From IMG/VR virus record IMGVR_UViG_3300023174_000078, positions 32,001 through 96,000 of that record: a stretch of 64,000 nucleotides of DNA; one strand, written 5' to 3'. The number at the start of each line of letters is the position of its first letter. The stretch's first letter is position 1. Positions 30,479-41,293 of this stretch are shown one piece after another. Both the position numbers and the translations under genes were made by a program. This DNA comes from a virus. A model generated the notes under the pieces. It saw only the letters and a program-made list of their open reading frames with translations. It was not told the origin of the DNA and searched no databases.

Positions 30479-32982
30479 ATGAACTCACTGGTTAACTCTG
30501 TACCAGCTTTTAATGGTTGCTTTACGCATCAGATAAAAAGATTTGTATCCTACGGCGTGTTTACGCCTGTAATTCTAGCTTCATCCGCTGCTGTAACTGG
30601 CGATGTTTTAGGAGAGCTGTATAGCAAACTGTTTCAGCTCAGCCCTTTTTTCTCTGAATCACAATTGCAACTGAGACATGTTATTAAAACCAAACTGTAT
30701 GACGACACTGAATACGGGTGAACGTCGCGAATTTGCTGCGTATCACCTACTGTACAAGCGGTCTGTATTTAATACACAAGACGACGTGATTGACCTGTTT
30801 GATATTTTATCAAACTTCACGGATTGCGTGCATGGTGATGTATGGGATGTGATTTTAGTTAATCTACGAACGCCAATATATCAAGCGGCAGGTAGCCATA
30901 TAGCAAATTATGCGTCCGCAATCCTGAATGAGACAATATGAGAAGAAAAAAAGATTACTTAGGTGATTATGTCGCTGATAGTGTAAACGATATATGTTGG
31001 AGTTGTGTGATACACATTATCACGGATATCATTTTTATGGCGACATCTCGTCCTGTTTACAAGGAAATTTATGGATTTATAGATACACATGTTTCTGATT
31101 CTGTAGGCAATATAGTTCATATAAAAATAAATAATGAATGCGATTTATAAATCTGTTAACGCTACGTATAGCCGAAAAACATGAAAACACTTTCTGATAC
31201 TGTCTGGTCTCAAACTTGGTATTGTATTCACATTTCTATATGGACCTCGATAGGCCGCGCGACTAATGCTGATACGGCGGTTTCTACGCACGAATTTGTT
31301 TCGGACGCAATTTTTGAACCTGTAGCTAAAGCTACTGGCACGCGTTACGTCGATTCAACAATATATGAAATTGTTAAATCCTAAAAAACAAATGAGTACA
31401 CACTAAATGATGAATGATAAAACTCTTTATAACTCTATAACGACGCTAGTGTCTGTTTTTGCGCTCGATGGTTTAGAAGATCATGTTTTTAGCGTTACTC
31501 GCGGCTCCTGCGCAGCTAGGTCTGTGTGGATAACTGTTATGCATCAAGTCTTTGACATTACGCACAGGGCTACAGCCGATCCTAATTATGGTATTACCTC
31601 ACGTCTTGCCAAAGTATTAAATAAAAAAATAAATGAGTAATATTTACTACTCTATTTGGACATCTATTTGCGATAATGTCTGTGGTGGCGTGGAGCGCAA
31701 TGGGCTTGACACTTTATGGGATACAGCGCGCTATTCCGTAGAGGATACTGTTTGGTTTGCTATCAGCGCCAATATCTTCGGGATTATGCCCGACGCTGTA
31801 GAAAAAACTATTTGTAACCATCTTTATGCTAAAACTTGAAAAATCCGTTTCACACTTCGCGCGTATTATGGTTCAGCCCAATATAATTGACCCCGTTAAA
31901 CATAATGCGTGGCAGGCTATTAGTGAGCAAGATTGGGAAGACGTATGGCTAATTCCTGCCGAATCGATATATACCGCCGCACGTAATAACGTGAGTGAGC
32001 TGGTCAGGAGTTTTTTGTTACACACACACACAAACCTTATTAAAATGAGTACCGATAATGAATTAAGACGGGCTGTTAACGAGATTAGCGACGCGCTAGT
32101 TTGGAAAAATTTAAGGAGCGCAATATGGTCTCATATGGAAGCTGATAGATGGTGGAGTACCCGTTTTGCGCTGAGTGACAGCATGACGGCTAAAAATGTA
32201 TGTACCGCTAACTTCTTCGTTAATTCTTACATGAATCAACAAAAATATGGATAATGTTTTATACAGAACTATTTTTCACAATGTGTGGCGTCCTGTACAC
32301 CGCTGTGTGTTGTACCGTATACAAGATAGCACAGCAAACGCTTTAATAGGCGATGTGTTTGAATCTGGATGGGTTGCTATCAGAGATGCTGCTTACATAC
32401 CTGTGGAGGATATGCTTCATCCGTACGTTTCTTTAAAATTTAATTCAATATGCGTGTAGACAATTCACCACACCCGGCAGTCATTCGCTGTATTGACGAT
32501 AAACATAACGCTTCAAATTAGACACCGCCATCGCGGTCGTTTCCCTGCGGTGAAATCCAAATTCTGCACAACATGACAATTCACGATTCTAGCGATACCC
32601 AGGTATACTACGCGATCAATAAGTACATCTGGTTCGATATCCGGGCTGCTATAAAGGATTTTATTTGTTACGACGCGTATCGCTACGTTGAGAACGAAAT
32701 TTATGATAAAGCAGACAGTGTTACATACTATTCTGTATGCGAATATGTGGAGCTGAGCCTCAAAATTTATAAATGAATAACCCGACACTTTTTGTTTCAG
32801 TCTATAACCCTCCCGGATTAATTCCCCTAGTTGGGCAGTTGCACTTAAGGTGTGCGATGAACTATAGAGACGAAGTATGGACGGCTATGTCGAATAACGC
32901 CGCCCATATTAGCAAGCGTTTAGGCCATGCGTCTTATCATACTGATCGCAAGATAGCTGAGGATTTACACCAGTACACATAG
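30479..32982 (+). other. Tandem array of about 10 diverged 67-87 aa micro-genes (one 142-aa double unit), related to the SVxx-repeat family
   Basis: ORFs at 30479, 30699, 30938, 31181, 31407, 31633, 31826, 32247, 32573, 32773; V/I every 4th residue, frequent VW/IW; C-termini ILNETI, KINNECDL, KKINE. Confidence 0.65.
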
Positions 32983-33012
32983 CTTATGAATTTATGATAC
33001 AATACTGAAACT

Positions 33013-33363
33013 ATGAGCACAAATAAAGAAATCAAAGTCACACCAAGAGTCTGGAAAGCTATGCGCTACGCTGGAGATGGCTATGACACATACGGTAAAC
33101 AAAGAGATGGTAAAAATTATTGCGATCTCGAGACCGCAGTGACTCTAGAGACTGAATTACAGGCAGCTACAAAGGAATTAAAACTTCTGCAAAAGCAGAA
33201 CGATAAACTACTAAAAGCGCTGCGGGCCTTTACGCGATTCGGCAGCAGTCCCGGAGCAGGTGGCGGCGGAACTTTAGATTTATACACGCAAGGACAACGT
33301 GTAACCGAAAAGAATGTTCGTGACATAGCAAGGAAAGCACTAAAAGCATATGGCCCTAAATGA
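33013..33363 (+). CDS. Hypothetical protein
   Basis: 116-aa ORF. Confidence 0.55.
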   Translation: MSTNKEIKVTPRVWKAMRYAGDGYDTYGKQRDGKNYCDLETAVTLETELQAATKELKLLQKQNDKLLKALRAFTRFGSSPGAGGGGTLDLYTQGQRVTEKNVRDIARKALKAYGPK

Positions 33364-33607
33364 AGAATTCATAAAGGTAGAAACAGCATATCACACACCT
33401 CCTGGAGGTCAGCAGGTTGGTCCAGTTTCCGCAGGGGTTAAAGTGACACATGAGTTCGGTGGTATATCTGTGACATGCGATTTAGGTAGGTCACAGAAAC
33501 AGAATAAAGATATGGCTTTAGGAGCTATTGAATACTTATTAGTAGAAGCAGGATACACAGACGCCGTGTTATTTAAAAAAGATGAACATAATTCAAAAAG
33601 CAGCTGA
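33350..33607 (+). CDS. Stand-alone release-factor GGQ (peptidyl-tRNA hydrolase) domain protein
   Basis: PGGQQVG..GVKVTH..GISVTC..RSQKQNKDMAL parallels RF GGQHVN..AVRITH.PTGIVV.CQ..RSQ.KNK..A. Confidence 0.75.
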   Translation: MALNEEFIKVETAYHTPPGGQQVGPVSAGVKVTHEFGGISVTCDLGRSQKQNKDMALGAIEYLLVEAGYTDAVLFKKDEHNSKSS

Positions 33608-34052
33608 CTACGCGTTATTGGCGCATAATGGTCAGAAACGTAAAAATGGTAAGCCGTACTTCACACATGTTGAAGCTGTAGCGAACCTTGTGAACGATAA
33701 CTGGTCCAGATTGATTCCGCCCACAGCGCAAGATAACTGGAACGATTATAAAGACCATGTGGTGGCTGCGGCATATCTACATGATGTAATCGAAGATTGC
33801 GGTGTGACTAAAGATATGCTTATTGCATGCAGCTTCTCTGTGATGACTGTCGAAATTGTCGAAGCATTATCCAAGAAGCCCGGCGAGAATTACTTTGATT
33901 TCATTATGCGCATTCACGATAGTGGTGCGTTCCGTCCAGGTATAGTTGCAGTTAAACTTTGCGATCTAGAACACAATATGAGTGACTTGGATAACGGTTC
34001 ACTCAAGGATAAATACAGGCTAGCGCATTATATACTTAATTATTTTAACTGA
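33582..34052 (+). CDS. HD-domain hydrolase, RelA/SpoT-HD (small alarmone hydrolase)-like
   Basis: AHNGQKRKNGKPYFTH, AAYLHDVIED, VKLCDLEHNM. Confidence 0.8.
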   Translation: MNIIQKAADYALLAHNGQKRKNGKPYFTHVEAVANLVNDNWSRLIPPTAQDNWNDYKDHVVAAAYLHDVIEDCGVTKDMLIACSFSVMTVEIVEALSKKPGENYFDFIMRIHDSGAFRPGIVAVKLCDLEHNMSDLDNGSLKDKYRLAHYILNYFN

Positions 34053-34066
34053 GCAGATCAAAAACA

Positions 34067-37000
34067 ATGACAACCGCTACTACACCTATGCCAAAGACAA
34101 GACAAGAACTGAAAAAATCATCGCATAAATCATTGCGTGCGATGTATAAAACTGTGTTGAGAGAATTAGTTCTTAAAAAGAATTACAGTATCTTTGACGC
34201 TGCCTTTAAGTTTGACATGGATGAGATTACCGCTATCGGTATTTTGTTTGATAAAAAACCAACGCAGGCACAAATCGATTACGCGTTGGAGATTTATAAT
34301 AAAGGATTGTCTATGACTGTCGCTTGTGTGGCCGCGAGCGTTCCATTCAAGATATTTAAGAAAGCGCACGGCACAGCCCCCCGGAACGAATACAAACCCA
34401 AGCGGTGGTAATTATGACTCCAAATCGATTTAATGAGATTGTAGTAAATCGCGCCAAAGAGCGTGTGAAAGCTAAAGTAGCTAAATTTGAAGCTACTATT
34501 GCCAAAGCATTTAAGGATTTACATCCTTGCCTGGCGACAAGTAATTATTATAATAGATGGTCCTCAGGACCACAGACGAAGCATGCTGTAGCTGTTATGC
34601 GCCTTCTATGTGGCGTGAAAGAAGAAAAGAATAAACCCGTTGGGTATCCCGAGGCCTTATGGCGGGACGAAGAAAAAGCAGTTGAAGAAGAATTGCTTGC
34701 TACTATGGATGAAATGGCTAAGGCTTTATTAGCCCCGCAAGATGACGAACCCTCCCCCATTGCAAAATATGACCCCACTCCAGACGACTCCTTTATCCCC
34801 AGTGGCGTCTAACGAGAAATTTATCAGCTGTGATTGCCATAGCGAATTTATACGGTTGAATTACGACAAAGAAATCGAATGCTTTGATGTATCCATTTGG
34901 ACTTTACAGGCAAGTAGTAAACCACACTGGCGCACAAAGCTTCGTTGGTTATGGCGTATTCTGACCAATGACTCACCGTATGGTGATCAGGTTATTATTA
35001 ATGAAGATAAGGCCAAAGAACTGGCTGATTATATACTAGAAAAGTTAGCGAGCAAAAGCGGGGCTTAACGCCCTAGTAGTACTAGTGCCAAATTCACAGC
35101 GATGAAAACAACTGAAGAAATTCAAATTTTGGAATGCCGCACGTGTAAGCATAAGCCTATATTCGTACCTTTGCCTGCTGCGGAATTTCCTATTTCGTTT
35201 GTTTCGTTATGTGGGTGCAATTATGGTTCTCTGCATCATGGTATTCATTCTACGATGCGTGTTAATGCTGATATTATAAAGAATAATTCCGTAATACGTA
35301 AAGCCTCTTTAACAGCCGCAATCAAAAAGTGGAATCGGCGCGTTGCGACGTATATCAAATCCAAACAAACACGATATGACCCTGATTATGTGACCTGTCG
35401 TTACTGCAAACGAGACGGTTTGCTGCGCGGTCGTCGTCCTTACATTTCTAGATGGAAACCTTCTTCTAAATTTTTGTTATACGAAAAAGTTGAACAACCG
35501 CCTTCACCTGCTGGATCTTCCAACTGGCCAACGTTTCAGACACACAAATTCAAGATACACAGTTGTTTGTCACGAAAGAACATCGTATCAGAGAAAATTA
35601 TAACAGACTAAAGTTATGGCTAGAGATAAAACTGATGAAATTCTATGCGTTCTTTTCGATGAAGAATACATAAAGCGAGCTGCTGAATTCTTTGAATACA
35701 CTTTACGTGGTTTAGGCAAGGACGATGAGTTTAGAATCGATATACTGTACAGTTACTCGTATGTAACCGAATCAGTTTATTACGTGGTCTCAGTACCCGG
35801 GCTATGTTTACCTGAAAACATCGCGGTCATATTGGATAAGCGATTTGACACCAAGTTGGAGGCTGTGAGGAATCTCGCACTGTGTGCTTGTATGTTCGCA
35901 CAGCAACACGCTGAGAAGGAGCTAGCAACTCCTCCAGATGAGCAGGGCTGGATGTCAGAGTCAATGGCCTACTGGCATAGGCTAAGAGAGGAAGTTAGCA
36001 CGTACAAAAATCAATATTTATCCGATTTGACATGACAAAAAACACACGAATAGTTTTTGGCGACGATCTGGCGACTGATCAAAAAAACAGGTTGCGGTAT
36101 ATTAAAGATACTTTAGATAAAGGTAAAGTCGTCCGCTTTACCAATAATATTAATGGCATCACCAAAGATGTTAATATCTGGAATTCTGATATCGAGGGAG
36201 ATTTAACAGCTTTTAGGCATACAGGGCGTTCGCCTTATGTATGTTGGCGGGCAGAACAATACGATGTATCCGAACTAGATGAGTGAACAATCCAATAACC
36301 AAGCTCCGCAACCTACTCGGCCCGATGGCTGGGTAGGTTGGTCGAAACACGCACTCGAAAATGAACTTCGGGCGCGTATGGCTCACTTTTATGGGCAGAC
36401 GGATGGAACCATGAAATTTCCATCTTCTGCCGAAGGTGATCTATTAAAAATGGTGCATCGTCTTCTCGCGCAGAGTAATGATGCTCCTATTAAAGAAATA
36501 AAAGAAACAGATCCTTTTTATTATGTACTAAATCCCGATAAGGTAGTAACCAACCCAACTTGTGGTTGTCGTGAATGTAATCCTAATGCCTGGTGGATGG
36601 TTGTGTGCTCTATATGTGGTAACAAACGATGTCCGCATGGTACGAGTCACGAATTCAAATGTACAAATAGCAATGAGCCGGGGCAACCAGGTAGTGTCTT
36701 TTCCCAAAAATTCTATCCGAATATTAAAGGCTCGACTGACAACGAAACACCAACAAAATAGAAATTTACAATATGGGTCTTTACGATGATGTCTCTGTAC
36801 CGATTGAGTTATTAAAAGCACAGGAAGATGAGCGCATAAAGAAATATGCGGCGCTACTAACTGGTGTGAATGTAGATTTTCAAACCAAAAGCCTAGACTG
36901 CTGCATGCAGGAGTATGTGCTTAAAAAAATTGAAGATAAGTATGTGCTGCATAAAGAAAATGTTGAACGTGAGTGCGTAGAGTCTCCCGATTCTAAGTCT

Positions 37001-37357
37001 ATATTTAAGTTCCATTTCGTAGAGAAATCCAGAACCACTACCCCGGAGTTAATTACCGCCACGCTGTCAATGTGTGATTACTACAATAGCGATACCTTAG
37101 ATATTTTTATAGATTTGAAAATGGAATTGGTTGCTGGTGTGGTCACGAGCATCGTCTGTGCGCTGTATGAAGAACGCGATCCAGCACCACGACTTCAAAG
37201 GAATAAGGAGATGGTGCAGAAAATGAAAGAGAGCGCTATCTATTACAAAAGCTTTCGGGGTAGAGCTGCGATTGTTTTAAGACGCGCGTTGTTCGCTATT
37301 CACAAAAAGATAGATAAATGCAACGGTTGGTTACAAAGATTGGCTTTTAAATTATGA
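34067..37357 (+). other. Cluster of hypothetical phage ORFs
   Basis: ORFs at 34067, 34405, 34742, 35102, 35616, 36032, 36279, 36773; several with CxxC motifs. Confidence 0.55.
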
Positions 37358-37740
37358 ATATCATTTTTTTAGATGATGACTTAAATCGTTGGAAGAGTTT
37401 TCGTTCCAAGGTGCCGCAGGCTGTACATGTAGAGACAGCTGCGGCGTGCATTAAACTTATCAAAGACACACCTGTCATTGATTGGTTATTTCTAGATCAT
37501 GATTTAGGCGGTGAAGCTTATGTGAAATCTTATCGCGAAGATTGTGGTATGGAAGTTGTGCGTTATTTGTGTGCGGAAAATCGCAACCAAACTATACATA
37601 ATATTGTTGTACATTCGCATAACGCCCCAGCCGCGCAGGAGATGTTTAATAAGTTACAAGATGCTGGCTATAAAACGCAGCTATTGCCGTTTTATAGTTT
37701 AGTTGACGCAATATCTGTAAATCTTGATGCTACGACTTGA
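37354..37740 (+). CDS. Cyclic-phosphate-processing receiver (cREC)-like domain protein
   Basis: IFLDDD, FLDHDLGG, GMEVVRYL, VHSHN motifs. Confidence 0.7.
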   Translation: MNIIFLDDDLNRWKSFRSKVPQAVHVETAAACIKLIKDTPVIDWLFLDHDLGGEAYVKSYREDCGMEVVRYLCAENRNQTIHNIVVHSHNAPAAQEMFNKLQDAGYKTQLLPFYSLVDAISVNLDATT

Positions 37741-38402
37741 GCATGTTTGGGTCACCTTCATGTTACATCAAAAGTGCTAAACTTACTGCCTATCTATTAA
37801 ATAAATTTAATATTACTAAAAGTGAAAACAATCAAGATATAGTTCTTCTGTCTTTATTCGCTAGCGTAAAATCCTTCAAACTTAACATGTTCTCTCGTTC
37901 CTTTACGGCCAAAGAAGTCGCCACAATGATCCTGAATGAAAATGATCCAAAAACAATGGATTATTTTTTTATGAAATTACTAGATGTTCAATTAGAGAAC
38001 ACGCAGATTAATTATAGTGGTACTTTGACTGGTACTGTACGAAGTGCAAAGTCTAGAATTACTGAAGCTTTTGGTGTATTGAGTCGCATACGTAACTTTG
38101 CCCGTGGGCAAATCTATTTTGTTATGGATATTCATGAGCATCAGATTTTTCCAAAGTCTAGATCTTTCAGAATTTGCAGTCGCAGACTAATGCCAAGTAA
38201 GGTAATTAATCCTAATGCAGGGCAGAAGAAACAAATTACTTATGGTTCTGGTTATGTCTCGACTTACCTGGAGCCTAATGAGATTTTGATGTCGAAGCAT
38301 CTCGTGCTTTACTGTCGAAATGCTTGGGAGCGTAAAGGAGAAGTTAAACCTTCGCGGGCAAACCAGGCTAAGCCTGTGGTAAATGTTGACGCAACAGCAT
38401 AG
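37737..38402 (+). CDS. Hypothetical protein
   Basis: 221-aa ORF. Confidence 0.55.
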   Translation: MSMFGSPSCYIKSAKLTAYLLNKFNITKSENNQDIVLLSLFASVKSFKLNMFSRSFTAKEVATMILNENDPKTMDYFFMKLLDVQLENTQINYSGTLTGTVRSAKSRITEAFGVLSRIRNFARGQIYFVMDIHEHQIFPKSRSFRICSRRLMPSKVINPNAGQKKQITYGSGYVSTYLEPNEILMSKHLVLYCRNAWERKGEVKPSRANQAKPVVNVDATA

Positions 38403-38428
38403 GTACTTAGTGTTATATAATCATGTAT
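38391..38428 (+). promoter_or_regulatory. Recurrent promoter-like motif, copy 5
   Basis: GCAA-N15-GTGTTATATAATCATGTA. Confidence 0.55.
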
Positions 38429-38693
38429 GGGTAAGTATATCAATCATACTCAAAATGGGCCGCTTCAGCAGAAACACAAAGCGGCAGAATTGAATAAGGC
38501 AGGTGCAGAACTTCTGTTAGACACGCCTACAACGTGGGAAGAAGGACTGATCTGCGTGGTGAGTAATGGTATATTCGAAGCGGCGGCGTATGTCCAGGAT
38601 GCCCGGGATCTCGAAGATTTCTCTGAGTTCGTGTGGGACACCAGGCCGCGTGTATGGCTCAAATGGGATAGGGCTAAAGAGTTCGCTAAATGA
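38427..38693 (+). CDS. Hypothetical protein
   Basis: 88 aa; ATGA-coupled to the next gene. Confidence 0.6.
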   Translation: MGKYINHTQNGPLQQKHKAAELNKAGAELLLDTPTTWEEGLICVVSNGIFEAAAYVQDARDLEDFSEFVWDTRPRVWLKWDRAKEFAK

Positions 38694-39265
38694 ACATCTT
38701 CGCAATTTACAGATGCCCGGTCACGTCGGCCCGGCATCTTGTAGATTCCCATGTCGTGAAAATGGTATTGGAATCTGCGCAGATGCTAGCTAATTGCTTT
38801 ACGCCAGAACAACTTGCTGGTGCTGACTGTCCCAGAACGAAGGCAGGCACAGTACGCAAATATTCATATTACAATCATCCATGTAGTAAATGGGTGCGCG
38901 TGTCGCAAGAGAATATGCGCTGGTTATGTCGACATGCGCTGGCTATGGACGTTGAAAGAATTCAACGCTCAACAATCAGAATACAAGAACAACGACAATT
39001 AAGAGACCGTGGCTTACCGTATAGTGAAGCGATAGCGAACAGCACACCTGTTCCGCATCACAGCATTTCTTTTATTAATTGGGTAGTCGCTAATTTTCCG
39101 CGCAGTCTAATACCTGAAGGACCTTTGACAGAATTTGCACAGGCTATGCCAGATGAATTCAAATGTGCAGATTCTGTTCAAGCCTACCGCAACCTTTATA
39201 CGATAGGTAAAAAACATTTACATATATGGACGCGCAACAAACCTGACTGGATTAACCTATGCTAG
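38690..39265 (+). CDS. Pyrimidine dimer DNA glycosylase / endonuclease V family-like protein
   Basis: MNIF..HVVKMVLESAQML..NHPCSKWVR..N..WL..FAQAMPD..AYRNLY. Confidence 0.75.
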   Translation: MNIFAIYRCPVTSARHLVDSHVVKMVLESAQMLANCFTPEQLAGADCPRTKAGTVRKYSYYNHPCSKWVRVSQENMRWLCRHALAMDVERIQRSTIRIQEQRQLRDRGLPYSEAIANSTPVPHHSISFINWVVANFPRSLIPEGPLTEFAQAMPDEFKCADSVQAYRNLYTIGKKHLHIWTRNKPDWINLC

Positions 39266-39304
39266 ACCTTAATGATAGTTCACCCCTACTGCCCCGGCGT
39301 TTAA

Positions 39305-39517
39305 ATGAAACGATCACTTAATAATTCTGTCTGGCATTCTGTCCGTAATTCTGTCAATGAGTCTGTCCGTAATTCTGTCAGAAATTCTGCCCTGTATTCT
39401 GTCTGGGATTCTGTCTATAATTCTGTCTGGGATTCTGTCCGTAATTCTGTCAGTGGTTCTGTCTATAATTCTGTGTGGCATTCTGTCAGTAATAAAATAA
39501 ATGAAACGATCACTTAA
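39305..39517 (+). CDS. SVxx-repeat micro-protein 1
   Basis: MKRSLNN-(SVxx)n-KINETIT, 70 aa. Confidence 0.75.
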   Translation: MKRSLNNSVWHSVRNSVNESVRNSVRNSALYSVWDSVYNSVWDSVRNSVSGSVYNSVWHSVSNKINETIT

Positions 39518-39665
39518 TAATTCTGTCTGGCATTCTGTCCGTGATTCTGTCAGTGATTCTGTCTATAATTCTGTCTGGGATTCTGTCCGTAATTCTGTCA
39601 GTGGTTCTGTCTATAATTCTGTGTGGCATTCTGTCAGTAATAAAATAAATGAAACGATCACTTAA
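39501..39665 (+). CDS. SVxx-repeat micro-protein 2 (54 aa, not in ORF track)
   Basis: MKRSLNNSVWHSVRDSVSDSVYNSVWDSVRNSVSGSVYNSVWHSVSNKINETIT, translated by hand. Confidence 0.75.
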   Translation: MKRSLNNSVWHSVRDSVSDSVYNSVWDSVRNSVSGSVYNSVWHSVSNKINETIT

Positions 39666-39837
39666 TAATTCTGTCTGGCATTCTGTCCGTGATTCTGTCA
39701 GTGATTCTGTCTGGGATTCTGTCTATAATTCTGTCTGGAATTCTGTCAGTGGTTCTGTCAGGGATTCTGTCTATAATCCTGTCAATGAGTCTGTCAGAGA
39801 TTCTGTCAGTAATAAAATAAATGAAACAAGCACTTAA
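39649..39837 (+). CDS. SVxx-repeat micro-protein 3
   Basis: 62 aa, same architecture. Confidence 0.75.
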   Translation: MKRSLNNSVWHSVRDSVSDSVWDSVYNSVWNSVSGSVRDSVYNPVNESVRDSVSNKINETST

Positions 39838-40009
39838 TAATTCTGTCCATAGTTTTGTCAGTGATTCTGTCTTTAGTTCTGTCCGTAATTCTGTCAGAGA
39901 TTTTGTCAGTAATTCTGTCCGGTATTCTGTCAGTGATTCTGTCTGGGATTCTGTCTTTAATTCTGTCAATAATTCTGTCAGTAATAAAATAAATGAAACG
40001 ATCACTTAG
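39821..40009 (+). CDS. SVxx-repeat micro-protein 4
   Basis: 62 aa, same architecture. Confidence 0.75.
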   Translation: MKQALNNSVHSFVSDSVFSSVRNSVRDFVSNSVRYSVSDSVWDSVFNSVNNSVSNKINETIT

Positions 40010-40181
40010 TAGTTCTGTCCGTAGTTTTGTCAGTAATTCTGTCAGTAATTCTGTCAGTGGTTCTGTCTGGGATTCTGTCTGGCATTCTGTCCGGTATTCT
40101 GTCAGTGATTCTGTCTGGGATTCTGTCTTTAATTCTGTCAATGAGTCTGTCCGTAATAAAATAAATGAAACAATCACTTAA
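39993..40181 (+). CDS. SVxx-repeat micro-protein 5
   Basis: 62 aa, same architecture. Confidence 0.75.
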   Translation: MKRSLSSSVRSFVSNSVSNSVSGSVWDSVWHSVRYSVSDSVWDSVFNSVNESVRNKINETIT

Positions 40182-40365
40182 TAATTCTGTCAGTGGTTCT
40201 GTCTGGGATTCTGTCAGTAATTCTGTCAGTAATTCTGTCAATAATTCTGTCAGTGATTCTGTCAGTGGTTCTGTCTGGGATTCTGTCGGTGATTCTATCT
40301 GGGATTCTGTCTATGATTCTGTCCGTAATTCTGTCAGTAATAAAATAAATGAAACAATTACTTAA
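40165..40365 (+). CDS. SVxx-repeat micro-protein 6
   Basis: 66 aa, same architecture. Confidence 0.75.
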   Translation: MKQSLNNSVSGSVWDSVSNSVSNSVNNSVSDSVSGSVWDSVGDSIWDSVYDSVRNSVSNKINETIT

Positions 40366-40585
40366 TAATTCTGTCGATGATTCTGTCTGGGATTCTGTCA
40401 GTAATTCTGTCGACGATTCTGTCTGGGATTCTGTCTGGGATTCTGTCTTTAGTTCTGTCTGGAATTCTGTCTGGGATTCTGTCCGTAATTCTGTCAGTGG
40501 TTCTGTCTATAATTCTGTGTGGCATTCTGTCCGTGATTCTGTCAGTAATTCTGTCCGTAATAAAATAAATGAAACAATCACTTAA
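40349..40585 (+). CDS. SVxx-repeat micro-protein 7
   Basis: 78 aa, same architecture. Confidence 0.75.
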   Translation: MKQLLNNSVDDSVWDSVSNSVDDSVWDSVWDSVFSSVWNSVWDSVRNSVSGSVYNSVWHSVRDSVSNSVRNKINETIT

Positions 40586-40817
40586 TAATTCTGTCAGCAA
40601 TTCTGTCTGGAATTCTGTCCGTAATTCTGTCAGTGGTTCTGTCTATAATTCTATCAGTGATTCTGTCCGGTATCCTGTCAGTAATTCTATCAGTGATTCT
40701 GTCCGGTATCCTGTCAGTAATTCTGTCAATGATTCTGTCTGGTATTCTGTCTGGGATTCTGTCCGTAGTTTTGTCAGTAGTTTTGTCAGTAATAAAATAA
40801 ATGAAACAATCATTTAG
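40569..40817 (+). CDS. SVxx-repeat micro-protein 8
   Basis: 82 aa, same architecture. Confidence 0.75.
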   Translation: MKQSLNNSVSNSVWNSVRNSVSGSVYNSISDSVRYPVSNSISDSVRYPVSNSVNDSVWYSVWDSVRSFVSSFVSNKINETII

Positions 40818-41049
40818 TGATTCTGTCTGGGATTCTGTCAATAATTCCGTCCGTGATTCTGTCCGTAATTCTGTCCGTGGTTCTGCATATAATTATGTCG
40901 GTGATTCTGTCTGGCATTCTGTCTGGCATTCTGTCCGTGATTCTGTCCGTAGTTTTGTCTGGGATTCTGTCGGTGGTTTTGTCTGGGATCCTGTCAGTGA
41001 TTCTGTCAATGAGTCTGTCCGTAATAAAATAAATGAAACAATCACTTAA
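40801..41049 (+). CDS. SVxx-repeat micro-protein 9
   Basis: 82 aa, same architecture. Confidence 0.75.
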   Translation: MKQSFSDSVWDSVNNSVRDSVRNSVRGSAYNYVGDSVWHSVWHSVRDSVRSFVWDSVGGFVWDPVSDSVNESVRNKINETIT

Positions 41050-41293
41050 TAATTCTGTCAGTGGTTCTGTCTGGGATTCTGTCAGTAATTCTGTCAGTAA
41101 TTCTGTCAATAATTCTGTCAGTGATTCTGTCAGTGGTTCTGTCTGGGATTCTGTCTGTAATTCTGTCTGGGATTCTGTCTGGAATTTTGTCTATAATTCT
41201 GTCTGGAATTCTGTCAGTGGTTCTGTCAGGGATTCTGTCTGGCATTCTGTCTGGGCTTCTGTCAGTAATAAAATAAATGAAACAATCACTTAA
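41033..41293 (+). CDS. SVxx-repeat micro-protein 10
   Basis: 86 aa, same architecture. Confidence 0.75.
   Translation: MKQSLNNSVSGSVWDSVSNSVSNSVNNSVSDSVSGSVWDSVCNSVWDSVWNFVYNSVWNSVSGSVRDSVWHSVWASVSNKINETIT

Noticed and set aside
39658-41276. Minus-strand (TDRI/TELL) and alternative-frame (ILSG/ILSV) ORFs over the array
   Set aside because: Expected shadows of a 12-bp repeat; they lack the consistent ATG, junction and stop architecture of the SVxx frame
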